Shown in pieces: positions 40,636 to 53,155 of a stretch of DNA of 64,000 bases. The DNA is taken from the NCBI GenBank assembly GCA_043228905.1, contig JBHGNT010000011.1, forward strand, positions 19,406,001 through 19,470,000, written 5' to 3'. Origin of the DNA: Azolla caroliniana (taxonomy: Eukaryota > Plantae > Polypodiophyta). Position 1 is the first letter of the stretch. The number at the start of each line of letters is the position of its first letter. The position numbers and the translations under genes are program-made. The notes beneath the pieces are model-generated. The model saw only the letters and a program-made list of their open reading frames with translations. It ran no database searches and had not been told where the DNA came from.

Positions 40636-43279
40636 TTACAAGTTCCGGCTACTACTACTACCACCACATTTGCGCTTCCATTTCACAATGTTTTGCAAGA
40701 ATTCGAGAACCTACATCATCAACAACAAAAAAGTATTATGCATTTTCGGACCTCGTTAGCAAAAACCATATCAAAGGAAAAACCTCAAAAAGTCTTTACC
40801 TCGTTCGGATCCTTAAGAGACCATACAGCATTTGTCTCTTTAACAACACTCGATACAAGTATGGCAAGCCCATGCTTCTTCCTTACTACTGCCTGGCGGG
40901 ATCAAAATAGTTCTCATCATACAATAGAGCTACAGAAATGACAAAATATACTCACTAGGGAAGATACTCATTTCCCTCACATACAGAAAATTCCTACTTC
41001 GAATGCATCCTCGTCGGTTTGGTCATCTCCTATGTAAATCGGGAAAACATCGTTTCTGCTCCCATAACCTGGCCTCACAAAATGAGACATTGATGACATC
41101 AAATATTATGTGTGTGTGTCCCTCATCAGTTTCTGTCTTAAACTAGCTTAATCAATTTACCAAGGGTTCGTAGCAGGTAATCTAATGCTTTTCCTTTGTT
41201 CCACGAGATACTTGGGCGAACTTCTAAGACCTAAAAAAAGTCCAAAAAGATAAATGTGTGCATTGTCAAAAACAGGTGCTAATCCTCAAGCCTTAAGATT
41301 TTCCATACAATATATATAAGATAGATCTACATGCATGCATCATGTTTGTACCTTTCGTCCTTGTGTAAGACATATATTTGGATATGACATTAAAACATGC
41401 TGCACTTGCTCTGCTAGTGATACCCAATTCTGGTAAAACAACAAGAATAATACAACATTTAATGAACTAGAGTCATCGTCAAAATATAATTGCTGTAGCA
41501 AAAACAAACAGCAAAAGAAAGAGAATGGTTGCTTACCTCCTCCTTTACACACCTAAAATGAACACTGACACAAAACTTGTTGTGCTCAACTTTTGCTCCA
41601 GGTACTTTATTGGCCTTATCCTCTAATAGCTTGAAGATCTTCACAAACAGTTCAGAACCCTTGTGAGTAATGTTAACTGTTAGGCGAACATCACGAAAAG
41701 AATATTCCTAACTAAGGCAACATTGGTTTCCACTGATGTGGTTTCTCTTAAATGGGATAGTAGTTAGAACCTCATTCATGATGATAGTGAACTCACTAGC
41801 TGGCTGGAATAAGGCTGCCTCATTGCCCTACAAGAAGAAATGAGTTCACACTAATGAGACCTCATGAATGAGATTGCATATCAATGTGGCAAAAGAACAC
41901 CGAGATTATATACTATATGTAAACCACCTCCTTATCGAAGACCTTTGTTCCCTGTACTTTAAAGCCATTTCTACTCACAACCGGACCCATAATGTCCATC
42001 CCATGACTCCCCGCATAATATAATTCTGGTAGTTGAACAAACTCATAAACCTGCTACCAAAAAGAAAGAATTATATACAATCATGTTGACAACCCAAAAC
42101 ACATCATTTTAAGGAATAGGAAAGAAGAAAATTTTCTCCTACATTAGAGGCCATCAAAAGAAAAATGCACAAATTCTCTGAGGAAAAATAATTCTTTTAC
42201 AAAAATACCTTTTCCCTACTTCGTCCCGTAATGATGGCTGTTGGAAACAAGCTTGCAATATCTTTTACTGCCAAACGCATCTGAACTTCCATTCAAAGCA
42301 ATACAGGGAGTTGTTAATGGGAAAAAAAACTGACTTTGAGTAAGTATAATAGGAAATGCGTCTACTAATAACATAGAGGAACAAACCTCATCTGACATAA
42401 ATGCACATTCGGGGTCTTCAACGATCGGTGAGAGTGTCCCATCATAATCTAGGAACACAACGATCGGCTTACCTTTTGCACTTTCAAGGACTCTATCGAA
42501 ATTTTCCAATGCCGAAGGATGCTTAGCCTGTGCATAAAATACACAGCTAAATAAATCTTAGCAGGTAGAACAGCCTTTCCAATTACGTCGTTTATACATG
42601 TGGAGAAAAGTCACTAAGATAGAAATTCATTATGAGATTAACCAATAGCTTCTCATTGGAGTTTTGTATTGAATCCTATATGTAATAACCCACCTTTGTT
42701 CCATTAGGAATATTTCTTCACATATTGACAACATATACCATATTTTCAATCGTATAAGACATGGACAAGCCTTTTGTGCCAAGAAGTTTTAATAAGGTAA
42801 AAGGAGAGTGGAAACATCAAGATATCAACAATGGCCACTGGTTGGAGCTTCCTATCAAATCTTATTACTTCCATTACAGTCTATGTGGAAAATTATCCAG
42901 CAATTGATAATATAAATAAAATTTTGAATAACCATACAACAATTTGAGTGGATAGAGTAGATACCATCCATGCTCTATATTGCATATCCCTCGTGACTTT
43001 ACACGACTTATCATTGAGTGAATCCAGTGACGAGCATCTAACACGAGGTGGAGATGAGTCTTTCATGGCTTCGACCAAGTCAAGAACCGATCCATTATCT
43101 ATCTTCCTCGATGATAATCTTCTCTTTGAAGTAGAGAATGTGGGTCCACTTGAGGTGGCTGGGGGATATGTGAACAACCCATTTGAAGATGCCGATGATA
43201 ACGATGCAATGTGAAACATTGAAGATGTAACTGATGAGGGATCTTTGACCCCCGCATTGTGCTTTGATCTATATGCCAT
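40636..43279 (-). CDS. TPP: Trehalose-6-phosphate phosphatase (HAD IIB). Exons 43279-42965, 42527-42387, 42280-42209, 42050-41928, 41827-41771, 41638-41537, 41429-41352, 41230-41161, 41068-40998, 40892-40800, 40710-40636
   Basis: [56 protein letters not shown] and [12 protein letters not shown]. The 11-exon structure is typical of plant TPPs. Confidence 0.97.
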
Positions 43280-43327
43280 GATTAGATGTTTATTGAGGAG
43301 AGGATGTTACAGCCGGTATATATATAA

Positions 43328-43978
43328 TTAATATGGATTAATGTACAAGTATTTCCACAGTGGACGTGAAAGTGCAAGAGTGATTAGAGACCTGAAAGCA
43401 TAAAGCAGGATATTGAACTTTAATGGATTAAAATGGAAAAGTATTAATCATGTTGAAGGCACAAATATTAAATTTACAATGATATCCCCAATCCAGTCAC
43501 ACTCAAGTTGAAGTTGCAGATTGGATTACAATGGGAACACATATCATTATCGATGGATAGAGGATATATAAAAGACTTGATGGCATAGAATGGTCCTAAT
43601 TCCGATTCTAAATCAAATTTGAAGTTACCAATTTGGATTGAAGAGAACATAATGTTTCCAAGTTGAAATCATGAACCATTAAAATTTAATACATCATATA
43701 TAGAGAATGTTATCAATCCAATATCACAAATTCTGGAAATGTTAACTAAATGGATTAAGTTGAAACAGGACAATGATCAACTTCACAATATCCTACTCCA
43801 TGGATCAAGGAACAACACACATACATACTCACACATATATACATAACTACAGATATGCACATATCTATTACTGTTATAACTCTAATAGACAGAGAAAGAG
43901 AAGGGGGATAAGAGCGGAGAAGTACCAGGAGAACTGAAGAGGAAGTTGCTTGATTAGGCAAAAATGGTCCCTCTGCAT
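43328..43978 (-). promoter_or_regulatory. Putative spliced 38-aa upstream ORF in the TPP 5' leader (43978-43926 + 43391-43328)
   Basis: ATG at 43978, donor CTG|GTACTT, acceptor TTTCAG|G. The joined ORF reads MQRDHFCLIKQLPLQFSWSLITLALSRPLWKYLYINPY* and ends 48 nt before the main ATG. Confidence 0.5.
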
Positions 43979-44973
43979 TTGCCTACTCTGCTCCTTCCTC
44001 TCTGAATCGACTTCCCTCTCTCTTTCGTCCCTTCCTCTCTTTTTCAATTACTTATTTATTGTTTTGCCAATACTGTTACAGATTATTCTAAAGCATCGCC
44101 AGTTATAGAGACGTTCCTGGGAGGCAGATAAAGGGGAAGAAAGAAGGAAAGAAAAGGAAGAAGGAAGAAGGAAATCACTCTCTTTCGTTTTCTTCTTTCT
44201 ATTTATTGACAGCTTGAGGGAGAAAGCAGAAGGAAAGGAAAGCTCTGAGCTATGGAGGTAGGTAGGTGGAGAGAGAGAGAGAGAAAAGCTATTATATTAC
44301 TGATGACTGGGATTTTGTTCTGGCTATGGCGACACAACACCTCTTACACACAAAATCAGGGGGAGAAGAAGAAGAAGAAGAAGAAATCTTTTATTTCTTT
44401 TTTATTTTATTTAAAAGTTTAATTTTTCTGGTTATATTTAATTCTTTATGTTTTTAATCAATTTATGCATCTTAGATCTTTCATATATTTTTCACAGACA
44501 TATATTTCCATTAAATCACTCTTTTTATTTTGCTATTTTCCCACTTTAAATCTGTTTCTTTCTTTTACATATTCTGTAACCACTCTTTTATTTATTTGTT
44601 TATCTATTTATTTATTTTCTGTCTCAATATTAATTAATTACATAATAGGTTTTAGTTAATTGCCCTGCCCCTTCCACCAGTCAAATTTGATCCCCCTGTT
44701 TTTTGTTGTATTTTTCTAACTAAAAACTTTTGATTAAGAACACCAGTTTCTGTTCATGAATTTCTGTCTAAGCCCAAACCTCTCCCCCACACACACATTT
44801 GTCCACATCAATTTATTCACAACAAAACAAAATGAAAAATAAAAAAACACACTACCACCATGAATCAAATCAAATGGAATTTCTCACTATTACACTACAC
44901 TATAATTTGTCGTTAGCTACTCTCGGATCACTAACCCGAACAAGAGACCAAAACATTTGAGTCCCCTTAAGTG

Positions 44974-44974
<1 letters not shown>

Positions 44975-45011
<37 letters not shown>
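44975..45011. repeat. (CT)n microsatellite
   Basis: Directly visible run upstream of TPP. Confidence 0.9.
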
Positions 45012-45014
<3 letters not shown>

Positions 45015-48000
45015 ATCTTCGTTTTGATGAATTTGTATAGGTAGTTTTATCGAACAAAAGAATTTAATAGACTCAGTCACTTCTTTCACTAGACCTTTGC
45101 TTGATTAACTTCCCATCGTGAACAATAATAAAGCTATGTACTGCTTCTCCTCCGCCTCATTTATTGTCCATCTCCCAACTCTTACTTTAGGGTTATAATA
45201 ATACCATTTGGGATGCATTTATTCCAACATGCAAAAATAAAGAAGAAAAGGTTGCCATTGTAGCAAAACCCCATGATCAACACTAACATCGGAATACACA
45301 AAACACCCTTGGCTCCTTGCGACTCTTTGTTTTCCATGATATTGACCAAGACGTGGCCTGCACACACACCTTAACTTTCAAAAGCAAAAGAAATCAATTA
45401 GGTGTCGTATGTTTACCGTGTTCTTTCATTGTATCCTTTGGTTCCTTTATGTATCTCAATCATGGTTTGTAATACATATATAGACTTTAGAATCTTCTTA
45501 CCTTCCAGAACACAATAAAGCTAATAATTACATAAATCCCGAATACATACTAGCCACCATATAAACATGTGTAAATTACATGCATGGAAAGGATCATTAA
45601 CTTGCGAAGTCTTTGCATATACACATGACCTTTGCTACTTTCTTATGTACCATTGCACTTCAAAAGCTAAAAAAATATTTTTTTATTTTTTATTTTTTAT
45701 GTGAACCTAAAACATGTATTTGATGATATCTTTTCAAAAAATAAACAATGTGGGTCTTCGATAACATACCTTTCAAAAACTCTTATGATGTTAAAGTTTT
45801 TGAAAGACTTCTTAAGTTAATCAACATTAAGCATGTACTCAAGAAACAGACAAACATAATTTGTTAGTATTCTCTAAATGCATTGTAGGTGGCCAACACA
45901 CAGACATGCTGAATTTTCTCGCGCTAATCATTAGCAAAAAGGCAGAGAGCATTAGCCTGCCCTCTTGTTTGATTGGAATTTGGAAGCCCCTTTACATTGT
46001 TTGCATCATGTACGAATCTGTAGCTTTATGAATGACATTTTAATAGGTTCAAAATATGAATTGAGAGGGGTCCTTCTCTATTGTTTCATAATATAGTAAA
46101 TAATGTCCACATCATTATCAGTGTTGTTATATGATTGTCCAATCCCCTAATGTTTCGATGCAGCGAGCTTGAATCAATTATAGTAGACAAGATGTGACTC
46201 TCATGGTTTAGAGAGATTAGCAATTCATTATTTTGTTAAAAAACATCTATTTATATCCCACATTGCACATGAATGTCGTATTTATCCAATTTTGCATAAA
46301 TACTTGAGTAAATCCCATATCGATTTTTGTAGACTAAAACCTACATCACTATCTTTATGGCAGCAAATCTATTATGTGCTTATTCTAATAGGTTGGATTG
46401 ATGGGCAATACATATAGTTTTTATCCTTTATAAGAGAGGTGCCAAGTGGATCAGTCAAAGCTCTAAGGTTATAGTGAGTCAAATATAGCTTGCATGAAAG
46501 GTCGGCCTTTCATTTTATGAGAGATATGGAAGATAAAGGGGGAAGGACATGGAGCTTGAAAAAAGTAGCATGAATAAGATTTTACATTCCTTTATATGAC
46601 GATCTGCTTAATAATTCACAAAGTGTATTGTAATTCTAAGGTTTCAAACTATCAAAATGTTTGTTGTTCTGCAGTTTATAAAGACTCTTTATATTTTTGG
46701 ATCGAGATCATGCACACTAACGATTCGTTTCCAAAGCAACATTTATGATACCACATTTTCCACGATTTAGAAAGTGAAAACAACAGTGAAGCCCTTTGAA
46801 AGATAGTGGTAAGAATGAATAATTGGGGCATAATAGGAGGGGGCTATACTATTTGTTGCCATGATAACACTATCATATATCAAGGGAGAGAATGGTGATT
46901 GGTGGTAGAGAATGAGTGAACATTTTATGAATCGTGCTATTTAGTTGAACGATGTGATGTGTGGCAACAACAGAGCATAACACGAAAGCATTCACAATAG
47001 AGTACCAGAAAATCTTAAAGTTGAGAATATACAAACAAGATATGATGGTTAGTGGACGGAGAACTCTGAGACAAATGTTCTAACTAGAGAGGATCAATAA
47101 TTGTTGGTCAAGGTTGATAGGTTGATGCACTTAAAGATCCTAGTAGTGGATACACATATCAATAATATTTCTTTTAGTGTGCAACTTTCAATGGTGGGGA
47201 ATCTAACTTGGCTCGAGGGCGGGTCCCCCGTGAAATGCGGGCATTTAGAGACAACAAATCATAGAGACATGTAAGGGTCTTATATATATGCCCATCCCAT
47301 TCTCATTGACTTTTATATTATTAAAGTTTTTTGTTTCCTTTTTCCGACAAGTTCAATGTCATGCACGATAGGACGAAGTACACACCTCTAAATTGCCACC
47401 TCACCAACCCGATTTGAATTGTTTTTAAAGTTCAACAAATAGCTCGATGACATGTCCTCCCCAAATCTTGCCACATGGCTCGGGATTCTCTTCCGAATGA
47501 CGAATCTCATGTTAGATGGATTAGTATATTGTACGAAGAAAATGTTCTCAAGTAGGGGGATTTGGTATATGCAAAAGGTTTCACGAGTCATGGTCTTCCA
47601 ATGACTTGTAAGCTCTTAAAAACAAATCCAATTGAGTGGTTTTATTAGAATACCTCTTATTTTTCATAATTTCCCACGACCTTTTAATCATAATTCATAA
47701 AATACTGTGTAAATGATAAAATTTGCCAAATTTTAATTTAATACTCATTAGAAAATCAAAACATCTATAGACTATTTCTATAGATGATGATCGAAAGCTC
47801 GAAATGTATGAAAAAAAAACTAATATTAGAAAAGACAATGCTGGCAAACACAAGAAACAAAGTTGAATGTCGAGAGCAATTCAATTGAATAACCATCTGC
47901 AATCAAATTTAACGATTCACAATGGGTTATTGGGCACCAATGCAAATGCCTTCATATTTGACTTGTGCCAATTATTCCACTAAAACTCCAAAATCGCCTC

Positions 48001-48896
48001 AAACAAGTCCAAAACATTCTTTTACTACTACAACTTGAAAATTCCATTAATCTCTAAATTGCCATTTGAGTTATTCTCTTCCAATACTCAATTTTATTGT
48101 CTTCTCCATTATGGCTCACCCCTTTATTAGTAACCAAATTTGAAAGCTTGTCAATAGGTTAATTTGTTTTTTCTTTTTCTTACTTTTATTGTCTTTTATG
48201 TCGTTTTAGTGTACAACCTTTGTGTTTCTCCTACTTGGTGTGGATGCTCAACATTGTTGACGTTGATCAATTAGATGACAAAGATGTAGAGCCACACAAG
48301 AATGTTGACTTTGATCCAATTCCACTTCTTTCGCTAAACAAGGGTAAACCATGCATCGTGCACTATAACGAGCTTGTTGGTTTAAGTGATAGAATGTTTC
48401 ATGGAAACCAATTACCTTTATATAGTTGGGGCAAACCCATAACGATTAACTACTCTCCTTTATATAGTTCAACACCTAAGGCTCCCCCAACCACCGATGT
48501 TCCCATGTGTCATAGGTTCTTATGCATTTGTCTTGCTTCCTAATAAGATTAGCTTCGTAACTATCCTACTCCTAACCCATTAAAATTAGCTAATATCTAG
48601 TCCTAAGGTTATGCCTATAACATGGTATTAGAGTAGTTTCTTCTCATTGAATGAATTCAATAACGATGACAACTTGTCTAAACTTTGCACATTGCCTTTA
48701 CTTCTTGACTTGTGTAAGGCCATTAGAAGCTACCCTTGGCCCATAGTCTTATCAAGTAGGTTTGAGGCACAATATTGGGCGAGACATTGTACATGCTATA
48801 ATGTAAAGCGTTCAAGAAAGTATATCTCCTATATTTATTGACTAGGTAGCTTCTAAATTTCACTTTGTTTAGACCCCCCTTTAGCCTTTTATGCGC

Positions 48897-49591
48897 TGTG
48901 GGGTTTGCTACGCCCTTGCGTGCAGAAAGGAGGAGGGACCACGGGGGTCTTGGACCGAAGAGCAAGAGAGAGAGGAGTAAGAGAGAGAGACCCGATTACA
49001 CAGAACCGAAGATTGCATAGGGACACGGCCCAACAAACAGAGATCACAAATAAACGCCGACGCAGATGGACGCAACAACGAAAGATATGTACTTATGAAT
49101 GCAAGAAAATAACAGACTAAAGTATTACAACCCACGGTGGGGCACGAAATAGATACTAACGAAAACGAACAGGGCGGCGAACAGATGCCGACCCCTGTAT
49201 GTCGCGACGCACAAAAAGGGAAAACAGGTCGGAGGTGCTGCAGGACGCGCTCGGGGCGTTCCACGGAACAGCGCAAGCCTCCTCGAAACCTGCACAGGTA
49301 CGCGATGGAGCAGAAGACAGAGAAGGCAGGAGTGAGAGAGAAGCTCTGAAATCGGTTCGGCAGCACTTCGTCCTCTCCGCGCGAGATACCCCACTTCTAG
49401 TCTTCCTCCTCCTTTTATAGCCCGTCAAGAGGCCGTTTGGCATTAACTGCATACCAACCGAATCTACCCACCTAGGATCCTCGTATGTACCTACTTCGAT
49501 CTTAGGTACTTCTTGGCGCGCGTGTGTGTGTAGAGCCGTTTCCCACGCCTTGTTCCCCCGATTCCTCTTGTGGGCGGTTTTCTTCACGACA
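48897..49591 (-). repeat. 3' LTR (695 bp)
   Basis: Near-identical to 55325-56019 (3 transitions seen). Confidence 0.97.
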
Positions 49592-49608
49592 TCCGCCCCC
49601 ACCTAACC
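49592..49608 (-). other. Polypurine tract
   Basis: Minus strand GGTTAGGTGGGGGCGGA directly abuts the 3' LTR. Confidence 0.75.
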
Positions 49609-49663
49609 GCGCATCCACCGGCATGCGCCAAATTAAGTTGGCACGGAAAAAACCGGCCCGCCT

Positions 49664-52600
49664 TTACTCTTCGCCTGCCGGCCCTTCCTCGGCCTCGGAT
49701 CGGCCGTCGCTGCTGTCCAGGAGAATCAGGTCGGGTTCGTCGTCGTGCCGCTTCTTGAAAGCTTTGATCCTCTTCCCGGCCACGGGTATCGCTATTCTCG
49801 TACCGTCGAGTTCCGCCAGATGATACGTCCCGTTGTCGTTGGCGCTTTGTACCGTGTACGGCCCGAACCATCTCCGTGCGAACTTCCGCGTTGCTCGGTG
49901 CTGGTTGTCGAGGCTGCTGTCGTAGACGAGCACCCAGTCACCTTGTTCGATCTTCTTCGGTCGGAGTCGGTGCGTTCGGTCGAACCTGGCTTTGTTCTTT
50001 ATCCTCGCCACTCGGATCCTTTCTGCAGCCGTCTCCACGTCCTCCGGTCTCCGTTCGAGTTGTCGTATACGCGCTGCCAACAACTCCTCCCGGCTCATCT
50101 CGTCCCTCCAGTCGACCGTTGCCCATGAGGAGATTGTTCGTTCCATCGGCATGATCGGCCCCTGGCCGAACATGAGCTCTGTCGGCATGTACCCGGTTAC
50201 CGAACTGTGCGTAGTCCGGTCGGCCCACAAAGCATAAGGTAGAAGTCGCGGCCAGTTACCGACTTGGCCTCCGCATGCCCGAACCAGCGCTTTAACGATC
50301 GGCCCGTGTCCGCGCTCCACCTTTCCATTCGCCTCCGGGTTGTACGCAGTGGTGAGCGAGAGTTTGACTCCCAGCCGATCGAACAGCTCCGCGGCTTCCT
50401 CGGCGTCCAACTCCCCTCGGTCAGCCACGATCTTCCCGACGCACCCGTACCGGCATATCACGTCCTCGATCAGGAACCGACACACGGCCGCGGTCGTCTT
50501 GTTCTGAAGGGCTCGGCCTTCCACCTGGTTCGTCAGGTCTTCCCGCGCTAGGACCAGATACCGCATCTGTCCTACCCCCATCGGCATCGTCACCAGATCT
50601 ACCATCCATTTGAAATGGATGGCCGGAGGGTACGTAGGGTGAAGCTCGTCTCGATGTCGGACTATGGAGTGCATCTGGCAGCTCTCGCAAGTTGTCACGA
50701 ACCGATGCACGTCCTGGTACAATCCCGGCCACCAGTACTTCCCCTTCAGCTTCTCAAATGTCGCCCACGTTCCACGGTGTCCAGCCCAAGGGCTGTCGTG
50801 GTAGGCCGCCAGTAGCTCCTCCTGTTCTTCCTTCATCGCCACCACCCGGAGCGGGACGCCGTTCCTCTTCTTCGGGTGCTTCCACAAATGCCCATCTCGG
50901 AGAAAGAATCGATATGCTTTCTTCCGGATCCGGTTGGCCTCGTCCTTCGTCCATGACGCATCGGGCGTCATTGTCTTCAAAAACCCGCCGATCTGCAGCC
51001 ACTCCCCGTCGTACTTGCTCGCGTCGAACTCATTAAGCGCCGGAGTGCTCATCCCGTCGGTCGTTATGTATGCCGCCTCGAAGAAATCCACGCCGACTTC
51101 TTCGTCTTCCGAAACCATGCCGCCCTCGTCGTCGAACCTCGCCCTCGAAAGCATGTCGGCCATGGCGTTGTCTTTCCCGGAAATGTGTCGTATTTCCGGG
51201 TCCAGGGACTTGATGTACGCTATCCACCTGAGCATCGCCAGGTCCGGAGTCGCGCATCCGGAAACCATACCGAGAATCGGCAGGCAATCCGTCTCGATGA
51301 TCACTTCTGTCCCTATCAGGTAGTCTTTGTCGGCCTTAACCGCCGAAACAATACCCCAGAGTTCGCGTTTAACCTGGGCGTATCCTTGCTGCCGTTCACT
51401 GAGGACTTTCGCGCCGAATCGGATCGGAAACCGATTGCCGTCCTCGTCTTCCTGGTTCACGACCCATCCGATCCCGGTCGGACTGGTATCCACCGTTATG
51501 AATACCGGGGTACCCTTCCCGTATACCGCCTTCCGGAGTGCCGGTGCCGCTGCAAGGGCCCCTTTCAGCTTCCGGACCGATTCCGCGTGCTCGTCTAGCC
51601 ATTCGAACCTTCGCCCCTTTTTCAGCAACCCGTACAGTGGCTCCGCGACGTGTGCGTAATGCGGGATCCATATGTGGTAGAACGCGCATGCCCCCAGGAA
51701 TCTCCGTACTTCCGTGACCGAGCTGCAGTCGGGCTTCATCGCGGAGATGGCTTCTACCTTTGCCGGAGACGGTTTCCGGCCATATGGTCCGCACAGGTGT
51801 CCGACCACCATGATTTCTGACTGCCCGAAGGCCGACTTCTCCCCGGAGAAGGTGAGTCTCGCATCCTCTAGCCTTTGCAGCACCTTCTCGCAGTCGTCGA
51901 TGTGCGCCGCCACGAATCGCCGGCATCCGTCCGGCCCGATCGTCTCGTCCTTTTCTTCCACCGGGCATCCCTTGATCGGGATGTCGTCCAGAAACGGCAT
52001 GGTGATGTCCGGGATACAGTCCCTCAGAACCTTGTTCATCGCATTCACCATGTGGGCCACCGAGTTGGTCCCTCCTTGCGGCAGTGTACACATCCGAACT
52101 AGGCCGAGGGGAGTTCGCATCGTCGTAATGTCTCTGCTCTCCACGGCTAGCTGGAACTGGTCGTACCCTGAGTATAGATCCCCGACCGAGTAAATTGACC
52201 TTCCGGCGAAGGCCTCCGCGAACTCGTCTATGGTCGGTCCGATCCCTGCGTTCCGAATGGTCACTCGATTGACCGGCTGCAGGTCCTGGATGAAGCGCAA
52301 CGAACCGTTTTTCTTCGGTACGGTAAACCATCGATTCGAATATGGGGCGCTCGACGGCTCGAGAATTCCCATATCAACTTTCTGCCTCAGCAGCTCCATC
52401 AACTTCGGGATGTGAGCTCTCGGAACCGGGATTGGCTTGAGATTCCATGGTACATGCGGTACCGTGAATATCACCATCGGCTCTACGATCGTCGGGTCAA
52501 CGCACCCGATTTCCTCCGGCGAGAATGCGAAGGCTTTCCCGTGCCTTCCGAGCATTCTCCGAAACCGGTCTTCCTCCGCCGGCAGTAGGAACCCGCCCCC

Positions 52601-53155
52601 ACCGATTTTGAGCTCTCGGAGCGTCTCGTCGGTGAAGGTGTGTCCTATGCAGGCCGGATCTCGTAGACTAGGGTCCGATGCAACCCCTTTGATTCTCGAC
52701 GCGCTGTCCTCCGGTAAGGGTGCCGCGACTGGCCTTACCTTCCGGTCCACAGTCTTGTACTTGGTGCTTACGTGGGCCGTCCGAACCGACTCGAGCCCTC
52801 GACCGAAGTCCGCGATGACTTCGTACATCTCCTCGGAACACACCGGTATCGTCCGGTCTTCGTTAAGGCCTTCTTCGACTACCTTTCCCAGCATTCCCAA
52901 GGTGTCGTCGAATGAGACCGCCTCCACGGCTCCGTTGATTTCCTCGTCAGGGCCGAGAACTCCGCACGCTCGAAGTCTCCCCTCCGCCTTTGTCTTCTCT
53001 CGGCCGCCGATGCCGGCTATCGTACACGCTCCGCTGCCGGAGAACAAAAATTCCCTACCTATGGTACAAGGTTTCTTCGGTTTTATCGTACAGGTGTGGG
53101 GTTTTCCCGGGGTGTCCGGACTGTCGCGGCCCCACGCCTTGGCAGCCCTCTCTAA
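49664..53155 (-). CDS. pol: pol ORF (RT-RNase H-integrase), likely expressed by -1 frameshift from gag-PR
   Basis: RT: DLYSGYDQ, LPQG, FLDD. RNase H: VDTS, ELW, ETDC, ADMLSR. Integrase: HHCC finger, DDE core, WFGPY; no chromodomain. The frame is open upstream to the slippery site at 53155-53161 and no ATG lies near its start. Confidence 0.93.
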   Translation of the reverse strand, partial: LERAAKAWGRDSPDTPGKPHTCTIKPKKPCTIGREFLFSGSGACTIAGIGGREKTKAEGRLRACGVLGPDEEINGAVEAVSFDDTLGMLGKVVEEGLNEDRTIPVCSEEMYEVIADFGRGLESVRTAHVSTKYKTVDRKVRPVAAPLPEDSASRIKGVASDPSLRDPACIGHTFTDETLRELKIGGGGFLLPAEEDRFRRMLGRHGKAFAFSPEEIGCVDPTIVEPMVIFTVPHVPWNLKPIPVPRAHIPKLMELLRQKVDMGILEPSSAPYSNRWFTVPKKNGSLRFIQDLQPVNRVTIRNAGIGPTIDEFAEAFAGRSIYSVGDLYSGYDQFQLAVESRDITTMRTPLGLVRMCTLPQGGTNSVAHMVNAMNKVLRDCIPDITMPFLDDIPIKGCPVEEKDETIGPDGCRRFVAAHIDDCEKVLQRLEDARLTFSGEKSAFGQSEIMVVGHLCGPYGRKPSPAKVEAISAMKPDCSSVTEVRRFLGACAFYHIWIPHYAHVAEPLYGLLKKGRRFEWLDEHAESVRKLKGALAAAPALRKAVYGKGTPVFITVDTSPTGIGWVVNQEDEDGNRFPIRFGAKVLSERQQGYAQVKRELWGIVSAVKADKDYLIGTEVIIETDCLPILGMVSGCATPDLAMLRWIAYIKSLDPEIRHISGKDNAMADMLSRARFDDEGGMVSEDEEVGVDFFEAAYITTDGMSTPALNEFDASKYDGEWLQIGGFLKTMTPDASWTKDEANRIRKKAYRFFLRDGHLWKHPKKRNGVPLRVVAMKEEQEELLAAYHDSPWAGHRGTWATFEKLKGKYWWPGLYQDVHRFVTTCESCQMHSIVRHRDELHPTYPPAIHFKWMVDLVTMPMGVGQMRYLVLAREDLTNQVEGRALQNKTTAAVCRFLIEDVICRYGCVGKIVADRGELDAEEAAELFDRLGVKLSLTTAYNPEANGKVERGHGPIVKALVRACGGQVGNWPRLLPYALWADRTTHSSVTGYMPTELMFGQGPIMPMERTISSWATVDWRDEMSREELLAARIRQLERRPEDVETAAERIRVARIKNKARFDRTHRLRPKKIEQGDWVLVYDSSLDNQHRATRKFARRWFGPYTVQSANDNGTYHLAELDGTRIAIPVAGKRIKAFKKRHDDEPDLILLDSSDGRSEAEEGPAGEE

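Noticed and set aside
48892-48897. Alternative 5-bp TSD reading GCGCT
   Set aside because: It would consume the terminal T of the LTR. The other LTR shows the TG terminus is part of the 695-bp repeat, so 4 bp is preferred.
48905-49602. ~150-aa ORFs within the LTRs (duplicated at 55324-56090)
   Set aside because: They mostly have non-ATG starts, cross LTR boundaries and show no motifs.
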